Below are positions 62,899 to 64,000 of a DNA stretch of 64,000 nt, piece by piece. Location: positions 142,786,001 through 142,850,000 of the forward strand of contig CM126204.1 in the NCBI GenBank assembly GCA_052327205.1, written 5' to 3'. The first letter of the stretch is position 1. The number at the start of each line of letters is the position of its first letter. Source of the DNA: Somniosus microcephalus (Eukaryota). The notes beneath the pieces are model-generated. The model did no database searches and was not told the DNA's origin. It saw only the letters and a program-made list of their open reading frames with translations. Position numbers and translations under genes: made by a program.

Positions 62899-64000
62899 AA
62901 TGTTTCCAGTTCTGACAAAAGGTCACAGACCTGAAACGTTAACTCTGTTTCTCACTCCACAGATGCTACCTGACCTGCTGAGTGTTTCCAGCATTTTCTC
63001 TTTATAGTATATGTTATTTTTGGACTTTCTTTTAAGAAAATGCCTTAAGGTCAAAGGTGAAGCTACAAAATCTGATCCTACCAGCACACAGCTGATCCTG
63101 TCACTTCCCCCCGCAATTTCCAAAAGTTAAAACTGGAGTTTCCTGAAGTAGTTTATTAACTGAAAAATCTTTTTTGATCAGCGTTGCAAGTTGTGCATAT
63201 ATATTGAATAAACTGCCCAAAAAATATGTATCATATCCTTAACTTACTGAGTTATACTGAGTAAAATAAAAAATTGAGCAACTAAAACAACTGTTCGTAT
63301 CACACTTGCTTGTTGCTGCGACTCGCATCTATAAAGACACAGCTCCGCCCAGTGGTCATAGTCTGGAAGAACAGCTTTCTGATTTTATAATAACAACGGA
63401 TTTTCCTCTTGTTTGAACAGAACAAGGTGCGAGCCACTGGTCACAATGACAACATTTGGACTCAGAATGAGAAGATGATTATACATTGTTTAAAAATCTG
63501 CTCCGCCACAAAAACATGTGTTAAAATTCAAAATACCCTTCATCCCCCCCCCCCACCGCCCCTCAACACACAGCTCCTCCACAGTTTCGTTTTACGATGG
63601 TTTGGTGTTTCTCGCAATTTTCATGCGTTTCTGCCATCTCTCTGATAGTAAACATCATTTCATGGGATTTTTTAAAATCCAGTCAGAAAATGACAGAATA
63701 AAATATATCATCAGGCCAACTCCCAATGTTAAACTCTGACATTTGGGAGCGATTTTAACCCTACCTGATCAGCAGAAAACTGGCGGGTGGGCAGTTAAAA
63801 TCGCCCTGGCTCTTATTTGTCTGAAAGCCGCCATGATCCCAACATCTGCAATTTCCCTGAGCTGGCAGCAGGGACGCGCCAACAGGGGTCCTTCTTTACA
63901 TACGCATGTTACGGCCCGATGACATCATTGCGAGCCGACTGCAATTTTAACCCAGGTCTGAACGGGGAATCCACCTGGAGTTAAATTCAGGGCCTACTCT

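Overview
Repeat-dense vertebrate genomic DNA. The Deu-domain SINEs, CR1/L2 LINEs and Penelope-type fragments point to a cartilaginous fish. The window appears to lie inside a phospholipase C beta 1 (PLCB1) gene on the minus strand: six frame-consistent coding exons (Y box, C2, proximal CTD) are found, with a ~33 kb intron largely built from two nested TE stacks. Three Gypsy (Mag/K02A2.6-like) LTR elements are present. The standout is 44254-48999: identical 253-bp LTRs, a CTATC TSD, and one uninterrupted ~984-aa ORF in which Gag-protease continues not into RT/RNaseH/integrase but into ~600 aa that look like an in-frame mosaic of host-gene fragments (STK10-, ANKRD24-, EVI5- and DNAJC21-like). 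A related pol-bearing element with identical LTRs lies ~6 kb away. Also present: a decayed Harbinger and its MITEs, a non-autonomous Helitron with a CpG/CCAAT promoter-like block, a near full-length CR1, candidate PLCB1 micro-exons and a minimal hammerhead motif. Protein-family calls come from recalled sequences, not database searches. Boundaries of old repeat fragments are approximate.
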